Shown: piece by piece, positions 30,805-45,324 of the stretch
Position numbering within the stretch: position 1 is the first letter of the stretch
How the letters are laid out: the number at the start of each line of letters is the position of its first letter
NCBI GenBank assembly: GCA_951406725.2
Contig: OX597835.1
Span: 7,068,001 to 7,132,000, forward strand
DNA: 64,000 nt
Direction: 5' to 3'
DNA from: Octopus vulgaris
Lineage: Eukaryota
Program-made: the position numbers and the translations under genes
Notes under the pieces: generated by a model
The model's input: the letters and a program-made list of their open reading frames with translations, nothing else
What the model was told of the DNA's origin: nothing
Databases searched by the model: none

Positions 30805-31210
30805 ACGCAGGAGTGGCTGTGTGGTAAGTAGCTTGTTTACCAACCACATGGTTCCGGGTTCAGTCCCACTGCGTGGCACCTTGGGCAAGTGTCTTCTGCT
30901 ATAGCCTCGGGCCGACCAATGCGTTGTGAGTGGATTTAGTAGACGGAAACTGAAAGAAGCCAGTCGTATATATGTATATATATATATGTGTGTGTGTGTG
31001 TGTTTGTGCGTGTCTGTGTTTGTCCCCCTAGCATTGCTTGACAACTGATGCTGGTGTGTTTATGTCCCCGTTACTTAGCGGTTCGGCAAAAGAGACCGAT
31101 AGAATAAGTACTGGGCATACAAAAAGAATAAGTTCCGGGGTCGAGTTGCTCGATTAAAGGCGGTGCCCCAGCATGGCCGCAGTCAAATGACTGAAACAAG
31201 TTAAAAAAAA
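30805..31210 (+). mobile_element. SINE family A, full length, A-rich tail
   Basis: Matches the family A consensus from head to tail. Confidence 0.85.
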
Positions 31211-31428
31211 AAAGAGGTTCTTTGCTGACGATCCTCTGGATGGCAGTTTTTTCAGTTAGGCATTGCAATATTAATCACCAGGTGTAGAAGTAAATATACG
31301 TATGTTTGTTGATGAAGCATTAGTCGAGAAGATAATAAGAGAAAATAATATGAAGCATTAGTCGAGAAAGTAACAAGAGAATAAGATGACAAAGGAATAA
31401 ACAAATATCTTATGAACTGCGTGTCTTG

Positions 31429-31509
31429 AGCTCTGATGGAGCAGTAAGGTGTTACACAGGCACTTAATTATGAATCCGCTGCATTTTATCGCTGAAACAG
31501 CTGTAAGCT
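31429..31509 (+). ncRNA. Type I hammerhead-ribozyme-like motif with one core change
   Basis: agct-CTGATGG-stem II (12 of 13 pairs, 31440-31452/31481-31493)-GAAAC-agct-GTA-agct; palindromic minimal stem III. Confidence 0.6.
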
Positions 31510-31574
31510 AATGAAGTCTATAAAATAATTGGCTGTTCTTTTGTCATATCTTTTTCTTGTAATATACCGCTCTG

Positions 31575-31900
31575 TTCACGGGCAGAATCAGTGGCGAGGG
31601 GGGGGGGGGCATCATAGCTATGTGTTGAAAGGAATTCTTGGGGTTTTGGATAATTCCCCTTTAGAAACATGGGTGTTATGTTCATCATCCTTAAACAAAC
31701 ATTTTTGAGCGGGATGGGCTACTTCACCAGGAAAAAATTCTAACTGGGCCCCACCTGTTTATCTTGATATGAGATCACCATGTCGCGCACATATGGTTGT
31801 GATGCATGTGCCTAGTGTACCCTTATCAAACGGGTAGTCATGATGTGTATACTGGGCTTCGTATATTTGACCCCAGTATCACTTTGATGGCATGCTCTCT
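31575..31900 (+). mobile_element. Second copy of the TAA-associated element
   Basis: Reverse complement of about 7835-8180; followed by (TAA)n. Confidence 0.75.
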
Positions 31901-31927
31901 CAATCGATCAATAATAATAATAATAAC

Positions 31928-31966
<39 letters not shown>

Positions 31967-31969
<3 letters not shown>

Positions 31970-32405
31970 CAAATATAAAGATCTTGAAATAGAAATCAGC
32001 AAAATGTGGAACCTGAAGACTAAAACAATACCTGTTGTCATAGGTGACCTGGGAATGATAGCAAAAGGGGCTGATAGCTACCTAACTCAGATACCAGGAA
32101 ACCCCAAAATGGCAGAAATTCAAAAGATAGTGCTCATGGGAACTGCTCATATCCTACGCAAAATACTCTCTATGTAATCTCAAGGTTTAAAACAAACTTT
32201 TTTTATTTTTTATTAAAAAAAATTTTTCTATTTTATTTAAAAAAAAATTTATTTATTAGACATTCACTAGTACAACACCAAAAAAAACCCCCAATATATA
32301 TATATAGGCATAACAACAACATGAACTTCCAACCTATTGTCTCTTTAGGTCTCTGGGTGAGACTTGAAGCCAACTTGTACAAACATAAAGCAAAAGTCAA
32401 TCATA

Positions 32406-32407
<2 letters not shown>
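31967..32407 (+). mobile_element. R4/Dong-like RLE-LINE 3' end inside (TAA)n
   Basis: KYKDLEIEISKMWNLKTKTIPVVIGDLG...IQKIVLMGTAHILRKILSM*, then a 3' UTR and TAA tail. Confidence 0.88.
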
Positions 32408-32465
<58 letters not shown>

Positions 32466-33051
32466 TAAATGATATAGGTAATTGAAATAGATACTATTTT
32501 GCTGTCTATTTTCAGTTTCCTCCTGACTATGTTAATTTACGTGACTTGCGATGGCCAGAATAATATAAGAGTTATTGGCCTTTTGGAATTGACGTCTTAG
32601 AGTGGAAGAAAATACAGCTATGAAATATGACTTAAGTGGACGATATATATAGACTTTAATACTGATTATTAGTAAAGTAACAATAAAACAAAAATATTTG
32701 AGAGAAGAAAATAGCAATTCGTGACTGTAAAAGTCAAGAATATGAATGACCGTCGTTTCTGTCTGTCCGTCTGTCTTTCTGTCTTTCTGTCTCTCTATTT
32801 ATGTATATAAATGCATGCGTCCATCTGTTTTTATGTGTGTGTGTGTATTAATGTTTGTTTTCACGTTAAGTTCTATATGTGGAAAAGTGCATAAAATTAA
32901 AGTGAAGAATTAACCAATATTTTGGGGGCGAAGAGTGCATCTTAAATTCTACAAAGAAAACGTTGGTATTGACTTCGGAGTTTTGTGTCTGACGATAACG
33001 AGCAGTCGCTGTCAACATTTTCCTTTTCAAAAATTGCTATATGTTATAAAC

Positions 33052-33115
<64 letters not shown>

Positions 33116-33125
33116 ATATATATAC

Positions 33126-33684
33126 ATATCAAACTAAGGTTAAAGAACAAACAAATGCAAAATCATCCGCATATCAATTCATAATTCGAGCATTTAATCA
33201 TAGAATATACATACAAACATCCCGCAAGATGGAACACAATTCATATGTACAAGCAATAAGCATATAATAAGGTGCGAGAAAAAAGTTCATCACGGTTTAG
33301 AGTTAATACTTTAGCGATTCAGAAAAATACATTTTTTTAAAAAACATTACAACACCTAGAAAGTAAAAATATAATATAAAGTAATATATAAAAATATATA
33401 GGTATATAAAAATATATAATATATATATATATATAGGAAGCATATAAAAAATATATAATATATATCATATATAATATATATCCTGACGAAGGAGGTATTA
33501 TCTTGGATGCACCCTAGTGCTTTAAACTTAATACACCCCTGAAATGGCCATAGGGATTAAGTAAATATGGTTTCCTCTTTTTTTTAACTATAAGGCTTTC
33601 TTACTTGAATAATTTTATAAGATTTCTAAACGATGAACTTTTATTTTATTTACATGATATATATTATATATTTTTTATATGCTT

Positions 33685-33728
<44 letters not shown>

Positions 33729-34014
33729 TTTTATATACCTATATATTTTTATATATTACTTTATATTATATTTTTACTTTCTAGATGTTGTAATGTTCTT
33801 TTAAAAAATGTATTTTTCTGAATCGCTAAAGTATTAACTCTAAACCGTGATGAACTTTTTTCTCGCACTTTCTTATATGCTTATTGCTTGTACAGATGAA
33901 TTATGTTCCATCTTGCGGGATGTTTATGTGTATATTCTATGATTAAATGTTCGAATTATGAAATGTTATGCGGATGACCTTGCATTTGTTTGTTCTTATA
34001 ACCTTAGTTTGATA
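33126..34014. repeat. Foldback element with ~350-bp arms and a hammerhead-like motif in the loop
   Basis: About 33126-33470 is the reverse complement of about 33655-34014; the loop has CTGACGA(33483)...GAAA(33541)-tggcca-TA-gggat. Confidence 0.85.
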
Positions 34015-34095
34015 TTTTTGTCTCTTTCAATAGAGCACTTCTATAGCAGTCCTATTAATCTTTTTGTTCCTGATAAGAAACAATAACTGTATTAT

Positions 34096-34140
<45 letters not shown>

Positions 34141-34249
34141 TATATATATGTGTGTGTAATTATGTAATTATGTAATATAATATGCATATATATGTATATG
34201 TATATATATACATATATACATATATATATATACGAACCGCTACGTCAGG

Positions 34250-34710
34250 GGAACTTGTATGTAATGGAAGGCCATATATGTTTCCGTAAGGCTCTGCAAT
34301 AACACACATGCTTCTCGTAACACAGGAATGGATGGCTGAAAAATTTCATGATCACATAATCCCTTACATTAGGCCTCGTAATTCCCCAGATCTCAATCCA
34401 TTAGACTATTACATGAGGAGTGTTGCTGAGAGAGAGAGAGAGGTCAATGAACACACCCATAACACCAAAGATTCTTTGAAACCTGTGATAGTCAGAGTAA
34501 TGTCCAAAATGAACCAGGACCACTTGATTCGAGCATGTAAATGATTTAGATCTCATATAGAAGCAGTGGTTGAAGCTGAAGGTGGCTGTGTTCAATAACA
34601 TTATAGAACAGGTTTCTTTTTTTTTCTTTTTGATAAATAAAGTTATTATCTATAATTATATGTTTTTTTATAAAGATAAATCTGTCTTCAAATATCTTAC
34701 TCACCCTGTA
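34250..34710 (+). mobile_element. Mariner/maT-like transposase 3' half and right TIR
   Basis: RPRNSPDLNPLDYY...NTKDSLK...IRAC*FRSHIEAVVEAEGG; end ...tactcaccctg followed by TA. Confidence 0.85.
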
Positions 34711-34714
34711 TATA

Positions 34715-34880
34715 TGACGGTCTTCTTTTAGTTTCCGTCTACCAAATCCGCTCACAAGGCTTTGGTTGGCCCAAGGCTATAGTAGAAGACACTTGTACAA
34801 GGTTCCACGCAGTGGGACTGAACCCAAAACTACGTAGTATGGACGCAAGCTTCTTACAACACAACCACACCTACTCCTGT
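34715..34880 (-). mobile_element. SINE family A 5' part, just downstream of the exon B donor
   Basis: Reverse complement of the family A head. Confidence 0.75.
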
Positions 34881-34916
34881 ATGTATCTACTAATGCATAT
34901 ATAAAAAAGGACTTAC

Positions 34917-35063
34917 TTTTAAAATACTTCAAGGTACCATTCTTATTGTAAGGCATGTGATCAATGTAGATGACAATATATTTGCCTCCATCCAAAACTC
35001 CCATGTCGTAAAGATTGCACATGAAATCCACGATGCCATTCTGATCTCCAAGGAATACATAAA
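34917..35063 (-). CDS. Receptor guanylyl cyclase exon B
   Basis: Acceptor ccttcag|TT TAT; donor AAA A|GTAAGT; 147 nt, phase 1 to 1. Joins exon A to give TRIYVFLGDQNGIVDFMCNLYDMGVLDGGKYIVIYID...KYFK. Confidence 0.9.
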
Positions 35064-35147
35064 CTGAAGGATAAGAAAGAAGAAAAAAATAGTGAATATA
35101 ATAATATACCAACGTTTCGGATGGATTAACATTATCATTATTATTAT

Positions 35148-35425
35148 TATACAGCGTACGAATCAGCCGATCAATTTCTCTTTCTGAAAACCCCAGATTA
35201 TACAGATTCTCCTTTAAGCATTTACTAACAAAACCCAGTGCTTCAATTATTGTTGGTATGAACATGAATTCATAGTCAGGATATAGACGTTGGACGCTTC
35301 GAAGCAGTTCTCCATAGATATCCACTTTGTCTTTGATTTTCCAAGAGATATTTATATCTGTAGGGCAGCTGAGCTCTATGATGATACATACCTTTGCCCT
35401 TCTGACCCAAACAATAATATTGTTA
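35148..35425 (-). mobile_element. RLE-type (R4/Dong/NeSL-like) LINE endonuclease fragment
   Basis: IIVWVRRAKVCIIIELSCPTDINISWKIKDKVDIYGELLR...FIPTIIEALGFV (E-x-S-C-P, KxxxY and P-I-I-G-A-L-G-like motifs), followed by a short TAA run. Confidence 0.75.
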
Positions 35426-35739
35426 AGTATGTATGTGTGTATGTATGTATGTATGTATGTATGTATGTATGTATGTATGTATGTATGTATGTATGTATGT
35501 ATGTATACAGACAGGTGAGCACATAAGTTCAACATAGGATGGAGACGTAGTACTCGAAGACAAAAGGTTTCCTCACAACTGTCCGACGGATGGGAACTTG
35601 AAACTCTGAGTAACAAATTTTGTGATTATTTTGGACCTTTAATAAAAGTATATACATACATATAAATATATAAATTGTATATACATACAATATATATATA
35701 TATATATATATATAGGTATATATATGTATGTATATATTA

Positions 35740-35980
35740 TCTTTTAATCTTTTAACTGTTTCAGTCATTTGACTGTGGCCATGCTGCAGCACCGCCTTTA
35801 GTCGAGCAAATCGACCACAGGACTTATTCTTTGTAAGCCTAGTACTTATTCTATCGGTCTCTTTTGTCGAAACGCTAGGTTACGGGAACGTAAACACACT
35901 AGCATCGATTGTCAAGCGATGTTGGGGGACAAACACAGACACACAAACATATACACAAACACGTATACACACACACACAC

Positions 35981-36032
<52 letters not shown>

Positions 36033-36192
36033 GACGGACTTCTTTCAGTTTTCGTCTACTATATCCGCTCACAAGGTTTGGTCTGCCCGAGGCTAGTAGA
36101 AGGCCCTTGACCAAGGTGCCACGCAGTGGGACTGAACCCGGAACCATGTGGTTGGTAAGCAAGCTACTTACCACACGGCCACTCCTTCGCCT
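35740..36192 (-). mobile_element. SINE family A, full length
   Basis: Reverse complement of the family A consensus. Confidence 0.85.
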
Positions 36193-36526
36193 GTATGTAT
36201 AGTTAATTAAATATGTCCTTTGAAAAAAAGGTGCAGTTGATGTCAGTTAAGTGCTTCCAACATGAAATATGTCAAAAATATAAAACGATAATTAGAGATT
36301 AATGAGTGCGAATATAGATTAAAGAGTAAAATGGTGGAATCGTTACATCTAAAAAATCCTAATAAAGATAAATATATATGTTTTAAAATGTCGAGTACTT
36401 TGAAAAATTTGAAAACTTTTTGATAACCATACCTCTACTTTACCTATTAATACATATTGCTAATATCATATATTTATCTTTATTATGATTTTTAAGATAT
36501 AACTATTCCACCATTTTACTCTCTAA

Positions 36527-36665
<139 letters not shown>

Positions 36666-36674
36666 ATATATATA

Positions 36675-36935
36675 TATATATATAAAACTGAGAATGTGTG
36701 TCTGTCTGTCTATATGTGTGAATCCTTAAAACTTGAGAACTACATAACCAATTTCATTCAAATTTTACACATTTCTTACTTAGGGTCCATGCTAGAAGAT
36801 ACGCTATGGTCTTATATGCTACACCACTGGTTTTAAATTCATATTAATCAAATTAATATTAAATTTTTCAACCTTATTATTTAAAATTTAACATTACATA
36901 AATGTAGATATAGCGCAAGCGCAAATACCGTTAGT
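36675..36935 (+). mobile_element. Helitron-like non-autonomous fragment
   Basis: Start tatataaaa...gtgtgtctgtctgtc...accaatttcattcaaattttacac resembles the other Helitron 5' ends; 3' end degenerate. Confidence 0.45.
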
Positions 36936-36950
36936 ATATGTATGTGTATA

Positions 36951-37002
<52 letters not shown>

Positions 37003-37034
37003 CCAAAATAAGCAACAAGGATGACTCCGGTAAT

Positions 37035-37113
37035 TTGGTACAATTGTTTTGCACTACAACATTTTATTAAAAGTTGTAAGTATTACAGCAGATTTAAGAT
37101 GCTCATCAGCCAA
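37035..37113 (-). ncRNA. Hammerhead-like motif with core GAAA changed to AAAA, sense to the host gene
   Basis: Minus strand: ttgg-CTGATGA-gca...tgc-AAAA-caattg-TA-ccaa. Confidence 0.55.
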
Positions 37114-37187
37114 TTATATAGGTTTTCCAATAATGCAAAAGCTTTCAATTAAGTACCATATTCATTTGAATCTAAATTATTGCTGAA

Positions 37188-37246
<59 letters not shown>

Positions 37247-37770
37247 TCACGGAATTAGTGCGTGTGCCATATCTACGTGATACGACGGATTCGGCTTACA
37301 GTGATTTCCGACCAAATCTGAGGACAAAGTTGGGGGCAGTGTTCGAAACCCCTATCAATCACAGAGCTTGATTCCACTGTTACAACAATTGAAATCTGCG
37401 GTTCTTGTATCGATCTACATCTCTGATAAAACATGCTAGCTTAACAGCTAATTGGTTTGGTCGTAAATCACAATGTAGACCTATTGTTGGTCTTCGAACT
37501 CGTGACATTTCGATCACCCTATATCGACTCGGCTGCTATCGATTTCGGTTTTGTCTTCCGTTATGAAGTAGAAAGTAAACAACCACATAAAAAAGAAATG
37601 ACAAAAACAAAAAAAAAAAAAAAAGACAAAGGAATATAAAATAGAAAGTCAATGAAAATTCTTTGGTGGTTTGTGGCAGAGTTCAAAATTATCAGATCGG
37701 ATAAAGAGAAGATAACATGATGACGATGCTGCTGCTGGTGATAATAATAATGATGATGATGATGATGATG

Positions 37771-37830
<60 letters not shown>

Positions 37831-37916
37831 CAACTACAAAGATAATGGTAATGAAGAAGAGAAAGATAAAGGGAGGAAACATATACCTATATGTATATAT
37901 GTATGTACGTCTACAT

Positions 37917-37978
<62 letters not shown>

Positions 37979-38019
37979 GTATGTATGTACTTGAATTTAT
38001 ATATAGGTATAAGTATGTA

Positions 38020-38095
<76 letters not shown>

Positions 38096-38327
38096 CGTAA
38101 TTCACGAGCTTCTTATATGTTTAAGTCAATGAACAATAAGGGAATAAAATGCTTCGTTCTTCCTTTTGACATTTTCACTTTCTTAAATATACATACAATA
38201 CACACACATACATACGTAGATAAATCCATACGCAAACACACACACACACACTTGTTCATATATATGTGCTTACCTGTATATATATATATGTGTGTGTGAG
38301 GCACATATGTCTATATATGTCTATGCG

Positions 38328-38362
<35 letters not shown>

Positions 38363-38537
38363 TGATATTTGACTAGCATTTTCAACTACCACCAGTAAAC
38401 CATTAACAAAGCTATCAGGATGAGATTCACAATTCGTTAAGAGAATAGATACAAAACAAGTCAATAGCTTGATGTGTTATTTATATATATTTTTCACACT
38501 ATCTTATATCTAACGCCATTATTGCCATTATTATTAC

Positions 38538-38615
<78 letters not shown>

Positions 38616-38730
38616 TTTATGTTTGACTTATTTATTTTTTTTAAGCATGTGTCGTTTCTTTTCATAGCATTTCCGGTTATTGTCTTCTCTTCGATGTTTG
38701 GTTTATGTTGTTGTTGTTCGTTGTTGTTCG

Positions 38731-38765
<35 letters not shown>

Positions 38766-38972
38766 ATCTACATGTCTCTGTGAAGAAAATAATGTTTTTT
38801 AAAGATTTCTACGTGTGAAATCTTCTTTCGATCTGATAGGGTTTGTTTGTGATTATTGTGTTGCGTTTGTTGCGTAGAAGTGTAGAAAAAAAATGGCGTA
38901 CTATGAAACGTACGATAAAACATCATATACGTGAGTGTGTATTAACACGCACACATATACACACACACTCAC

Positions 38973-39012
<40 letters not shown>

Positions 39013-39114
39013 TCATATTCAGATAGGATATGCATTTACATACATGCGTACATTTTATGCATGTATGAACATACACCTTTATGTATATCCATAAGTACAC
39101 ACATAAATATATAA

Positions 39115-39203
<89 letters not shown>

Positions 39204-39253
39204 CTTGTGTGCGCGTGTGTGTGTGCATTTCTATACATATATATGTACATATG

Positions 39254-39300
<47 letters not shown>

Positions 39301-39311
39301 ACATATCTATG

Positions 39312-39351
<40 letters not shown>

Positions 39352-39411
39352 CACATACATATACACATATTTGTACGGTTTTTTATCACTTATGCTCTAT
39401 ATGCAGATGCG

Positions 39412-39443
<32 letters not shown>

Positions 39444-39819
39444 CACGCACTCGCTCACACACACAACATATGTATGCGTTTATGAATACACTCGCATGCG
39501 AATATGCATAGTTACACATGTACATTTGTGTGTGTGTGTGTGTATCTCTCACTCCTCGTGGATGTATGCATGTTTCTGCGAGCGCGTGTGTGTGTGTGTG
39601 TGTGTGTGTGTGTTTATGTGTGTACGTCTTTGCATCATGGGCATCTTGGATGCAGTTTACGGGTTTGTAAAGATATCTGTCGGGACTTTTTTTTTTCTTT
39701 CTCTTGTGCGATAAAATGAAGTTGTCCAAGTGTCGGCTACGTTCATTGTTATTCGCCGTCATTAATCAATCTGCGTCTTTTTTTTTACCCCGTCTTTGTG
39801 TCTTATCACCTGTTACTAA

Positions 39820-40073
39820 CACCATTACAACGATGATGATGATCATGATAACGATGGTGGTAATGGCGACGACAATGACGGCGATGATAAGGACGACGGT
39901 GATGTTGATGAGGAGGAAGAGGAGCACGATAAGGATGACGATGATGATGTTGATGATGACTATGAGATGATGACAGTAGTAAGTATGATGACGACGATAA
40001 TGATGATATGCAGACAATGGTGATGACGATGATGATGATATGATGATGATGATGATGATGTTGATGATGATGA

Positions 40074-40105
<32 letters not shown>

Positions 40106-40267
40106 ATAATGATGATGATGACGGTGATGATGATGATGATGATGGTGATGAGGAGGAGGAGGAGGAGGATAACTATAAGGATGACGATGATGATGATGAC
40201 TATGAAATGATGACGGTAATAAGTATGATTACGACGATAACGATGATGATGCAGACAATGGTGATAT

Positions 40268-40298
<31 letters not shown>

Positions 40299-40306
40299 GA
40301 TGGTGG

Positions 40307-40342
<36 letters not shown>

Positions 40343-40359
40343 GGATGATGATGATGGTG

Positions 40360-40415
<56 letters not shown>

Positions 40416-40450
40416 GAGGATGATGATGATGATGGTGACGATGATGATGC
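39820..40450. repeat. Compound (GAT)n microsatellite with higher-order duplication
   Basis: Block gaggaggaRgaggag...gactatgaRatgatgacRgtaRtaagtatgat...gcagacaatggtgat occurs at about 39905 and 40145. Confidence 0.85.
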
Positions 40451-40617
40451 TGTAGTTCCTGAGGTTGTCACCCCTCCCGCCAAACATGCTATTGTTGTCG
40501 TATGCATGATCATTACATATAGCTTTATACATATTTACAGTTAGATATATACACACACACACATATATATATAGAGAGAGTGATACATATATGTATATAT
40601 ACATATATATTCACAAA

Positions 40618-40648
<31 letters not shown>

Positions 40649-40713
40649 CTTTATTTTAAGCAGCATATATACTTTATTTTTTCCACCTTGTTTCACATTT
40701 ATGTGTTTACTCC

Positions 40714-40758
<45 letters not shown>

Positions 40759-41296
40759 ATGTGTATGTCTACGTGTAGTGTGGGTGAAGAACTGAAGGCT
40801 TTCGTATACACAATTGATCAAAAGTTTTCATTTAGCTAACAATAGGAAACCCATTATCGACAACAACGATGTCACGTTGAAACCAAAGATCAAGTGAAAG
40901 AGAGAGAGAAAGAAACGACATGTTTACGTCGTAACTAATCTATCACAGAGAAAACTAATCTTCATTCGAACTGATTTTCGATAAATAATCATTGATGCTC
41001 TTTTCATTTACGTCATCGTACCACAATTTTCTATTTATATTTTAAAATAACGTTTCTAAGAATAGAGAGAATAACAACGTATTGTATGAATTTGTTTATA
41101 TATGTTTTAGGGATGCCGTCAGAAACAGCCGTAAGACCCTAAGTGTAGATGTTGACGACAGGGGTACAGATGACGAAAAATCAATCGGTTTGGAAATGTG
41201 GTCTCCAATGGTTATAAAGCATTTGAAACAAGGAGAATCGAACGCTTCGTCTCGCAACGAAGACTTCATAAACAGGAGTTGATTTCAGAGATATCT

Positions 41297-41589
41297 GCTC
41301 GAAAATATTTGTAGCATCTGCGGTGGAATCATTCAACTAGTTTTGCTTCCATGGACAGAATTTGTAGCAGGGGCCCCTGTTTATATTACTTTATTAGTTT
41401 GTCTTTGGCTACTTATCCATTTTTGGCTCGAAAATATTTGTAGCATCTGCGGTGGAATCATTCAACTAGTTTTGCTTCCATGGACAGAATTTGTAGCAGG
41501 GGCCCCTGTTTATATTACTTTATTAGTTTGTCTTTGGCTACTTATCCATTTTTGGCTCGAAAATATTTGTAGCATCTGCGGTGGAATCA
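41297..41589. repeat. Tandem repeat, ~2.3 units of 129 bp, with a dispersed copy at about 43425-43520
   Basis: gctcgaaaatatttgtagcatctgcggtggaatca recurs at about 41297, 41426 and 41555. Confidence 0.9.
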
Positions 41590-42936
41590 GTTTGTTCTAA
41601 GCCAGATTTACTAGTCATTTGACGGCATTGACTAATTAAAGAAATATAATTTTTCTGCAACGAAGTGGTAATCACCATGTACGATTGTAAACAGGTAAGA
41701 TGCTGTCTACATATATAAATACATGTATTCATATTGCCATCGACTTCGACGTATGGTGATCTAATTGCACTTTGTTCCCTTCAGAAGTTTTTAACTGCAC
41801 GCATTATCCATTAGTGTTGTGCATGTATCTGTCAGACAGGCTGGTATATCAAATTCAGTATTCATTGTTCTTTTAGACAGGTAGATGAGAGAAGGCGGCG
41901 AGCTGGCAGAATCGTTAGGACGCCGGGCGAAATGCTTCACTTACCGCCTCCCACAGTTTGCATTTAAGGCCAACTAGTTTACCCAATAATGTCTCTTGTC
42001 GATAATTTACCACAACTTTGCAGTGGTTTTAGTTATTATTCATTTTCTATTTATTAGTAGTAATTTACTCTCCTACATTTTTCCTGCGTTTATTGACATT
42101 TACCTGGAAGACATTACATCCTTTTATATTTGTGTCTTCTCATTACGATCGACTTCTTTGACTCCCATCTCGATTCACTTCAGAGTCCCACTCAAATTTC
42201 TGTTGATAGTTCGGCGACCTACAATAGGTTACTTCAATAACCTGTCTAACTAAGATGTATGTGTTGTAATGTTCCTCATCTTCCAATTTCTCATCTATCT
42301 ACGGTTTTACTATCTGGTTATATGGTTTCTATTCTCTGGTCCATTCCGATTCTCTTTACATTCCCCCAAACTAACACCCATTAGTGCCCACCATCCATCC
42401 ATCTTCACCATTCACTGCAATCACTTCTGTCCTCTTATCTGCCGTCTGTCACTCTTTTTACACATTTACATAAATCTATTCACCCAGCCACCTTCGATTC
42501 TCTTACTCTATTCTCTCTTATTTCTCCTTCTGGTACACTGACGACTCTTGTATGGCCTGATAATTCGTGCTTGTCTTCCTTACTCCCTATTCTGCTTGGG
42601 GTAAAGATGCATCTCTTTTACAGCAAGACTCCTGCTCTTGTTCCTCAATCGTTCTTTAACGTCTCATCACCTGGGACAAAACCACTTCCCTCTATAACTC
42701 ATCCTCACTCTGTCAAGAGAACTTCTTTGATGACCTTAATAGTGCGGTTGGAATGAAAACAAAAACACACCCACGACGCTAAGTGGATGGTATTAGAAAG
42801 AGCATCCAGCCATAGGAACCAAGTCAAAGCAGACCCAGAAGCTTGGTAAAATCCTCTGGCTTGAGAGATCTTGTAAAACCGTCCAACCCATAACAGCAGG
42901 GAAAATAGACTTTAAATGACGACGACATTGATGATG

Positions 42937-42973
<37 letters not shown>

Positions 42974-43916
42974 CGACGATGACGACGATGACGACGACGA
43001 TGACTAAGATGATTATTCAAATACTTTGTTCTTATGAAAGGAAGACTCGATCGAGTTTGTCATTCGAACTGTCGTCTGCTTGTTTGCTTTTTGCAGATAT
43101 TTTGTTTATTTATTCTTTTGCTTACAAACGATCATCTTTTTTTTATTACTATATTCCTCAAAAGACACAAACAGTCCAAGCATCCACGTGTGTTATTATT
43201 TGGTGATGAGGAAGACTTTTATAATTCCCATGTCAGATACCTCGTTTTGCGTTTCTCTAAATAAGAATAAATCTTCCTTATTTCTCTTTTCAATATGATA
43301 CATGATATTCTCTTTCGATATTTGACATACGTGATCCCTAAGGAACGTCTGACACCATCCATTAAGATCAAACTCTGTTTCCTTTGATCCTTTACCGTTA
43401 TCGATTAGATCCGATCTCTCATTCGACTAGTGTTGCTTCCATGGACAGAATTAATATCAGGGGCCCCTGTTTATATTACTTTATTCCTTTGTCTTTGGCT
43501 ACTTATCCATTTTTGGCTTAGGAAAGGGTTTATCTTGATTCTTTTTTATTTATTCCCGTTAATCCATTTTCTTATGTGTCCGCTTTTTTTTCTTCTTTTT
43601 TGTATTTCTTCCCTTAATTCTTTGCAATGTTAATACTAGTCATTGCGTTGCGGGACCTGTATCTGTTCTTTGTATATTCAAATATGACGTATGACGGGCA
43701 AGGACGCATATATCTGAGTCTGTGGAAGATGAGGATATGCATCTGCATGTCTTTCGCGCAGGCGAAGCTGTGTAGTAAGAAAAGTTTGCTTCCCAGACCC
43801 GTGGTCTCGAGTGCAGTGCCATTGCGCGGCACCCTCGACAAGTGTCTTCAACTACAGCCCTAAGCTGACCAAAAATCTTTTCAGTGGATTTCTTACACAC
43901 ACACACACACTCGCAC

Positions 43917-43965
<49 letters not shown>

Positions 43966-44038
43966 TAAGTACATTCATATATACTGACAGGGTAGATAAC
44001 TACCTCGTCATGTATATATATATGCATACATACATACA

Positions 44039-44105
<67 letters not shown>

Positions 44106-44109
44106 AAAG

Positions 44110-44432
<323 letters not shown>

Positions 44433-45324
44433 ATATATCTATGAGTGTGTGCATATATATTTGAGTGTGTGCATTTATATATATGCAAATAAACTGACAA
44501 AAAGAAAAGATAGATAGATAGGTGTGCTAGTGCATGTGTGTATTTTTACATGCATTCTTGTCCTGACATCACGTGATGATTGTAAGCGAGCTTCTCGTTC
44601 GTACAACTGGGGATGATCATTATCACTCGTCCTTGAGAAGTAGGTGTGCCCTTGAGAAAACATTGCTTTGCTTGAAAACGGATGAAGTTTGACAACAGGA
44701 AACGGAATCCGACTGTCAAATATCTGCCTCAACGAACTCCGTGTGATCCACGCAAGCATGGAAAAATAGCTGATGATCATAAGATGATCATAAAGATGAT
44801 GATGGTAATCATGATGATGATCCTTATGATGGTGATGATGATGATGATGTGTATGCGATGAAAGGATCTTCAGGAAAATTCCTTCGCCGCCATTAACCAT
44901 TTTTAGTCTTAGGTTTGTTGGTATGTCTAGTGTGTCATTTGCGTCTTCAGCCGTTATTTTCACCGTATTCTAAGGAAATAACCATTGACGAATTCACTTG
45001 TATTATTTTCTTGCTTTTTGTTTTTGAAGTTTTATCATCTGTGATCTTTCTTCTTTAATACTTTCATTAGTTTGTGCTTAGACATTTTACATATATTCGG
45101 TTGTTTTCATTTTATTTTCATTGTGGAACATTTCTATGAGATGTTCTCGTTGAATTTTTTAAGAATATTGGCAATGTTTCACATAAATATCCTTATATTT
45201 ACAACTCTGTTTGCGTTGATGTTCTTTACTTGGTTACTTCTTATTTAAACATATCTCGTACAGCTCTTTTATTATGTTCGTATGTGTTGGATTACAGAGG
45301 TAAAAATGTAATATTTTCACAACG

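Noticed and set aside
41343-41600. Membrane-protein-like ORF LPWTEFVAGAPVYITLLVCLWLLIHFW
   Set aside because: Product of the 129-bp tandem repeat of a dispersed element, possibly a CR1 3' end on the minus strand.
41960-42735. Pyrimidine-rich + strand stretch resembling a very old CR1/Jockey RT (FLFISSNLL...IYLEDIT)
   Set aside because: Similarity is suggestive only; needs an HMM search.
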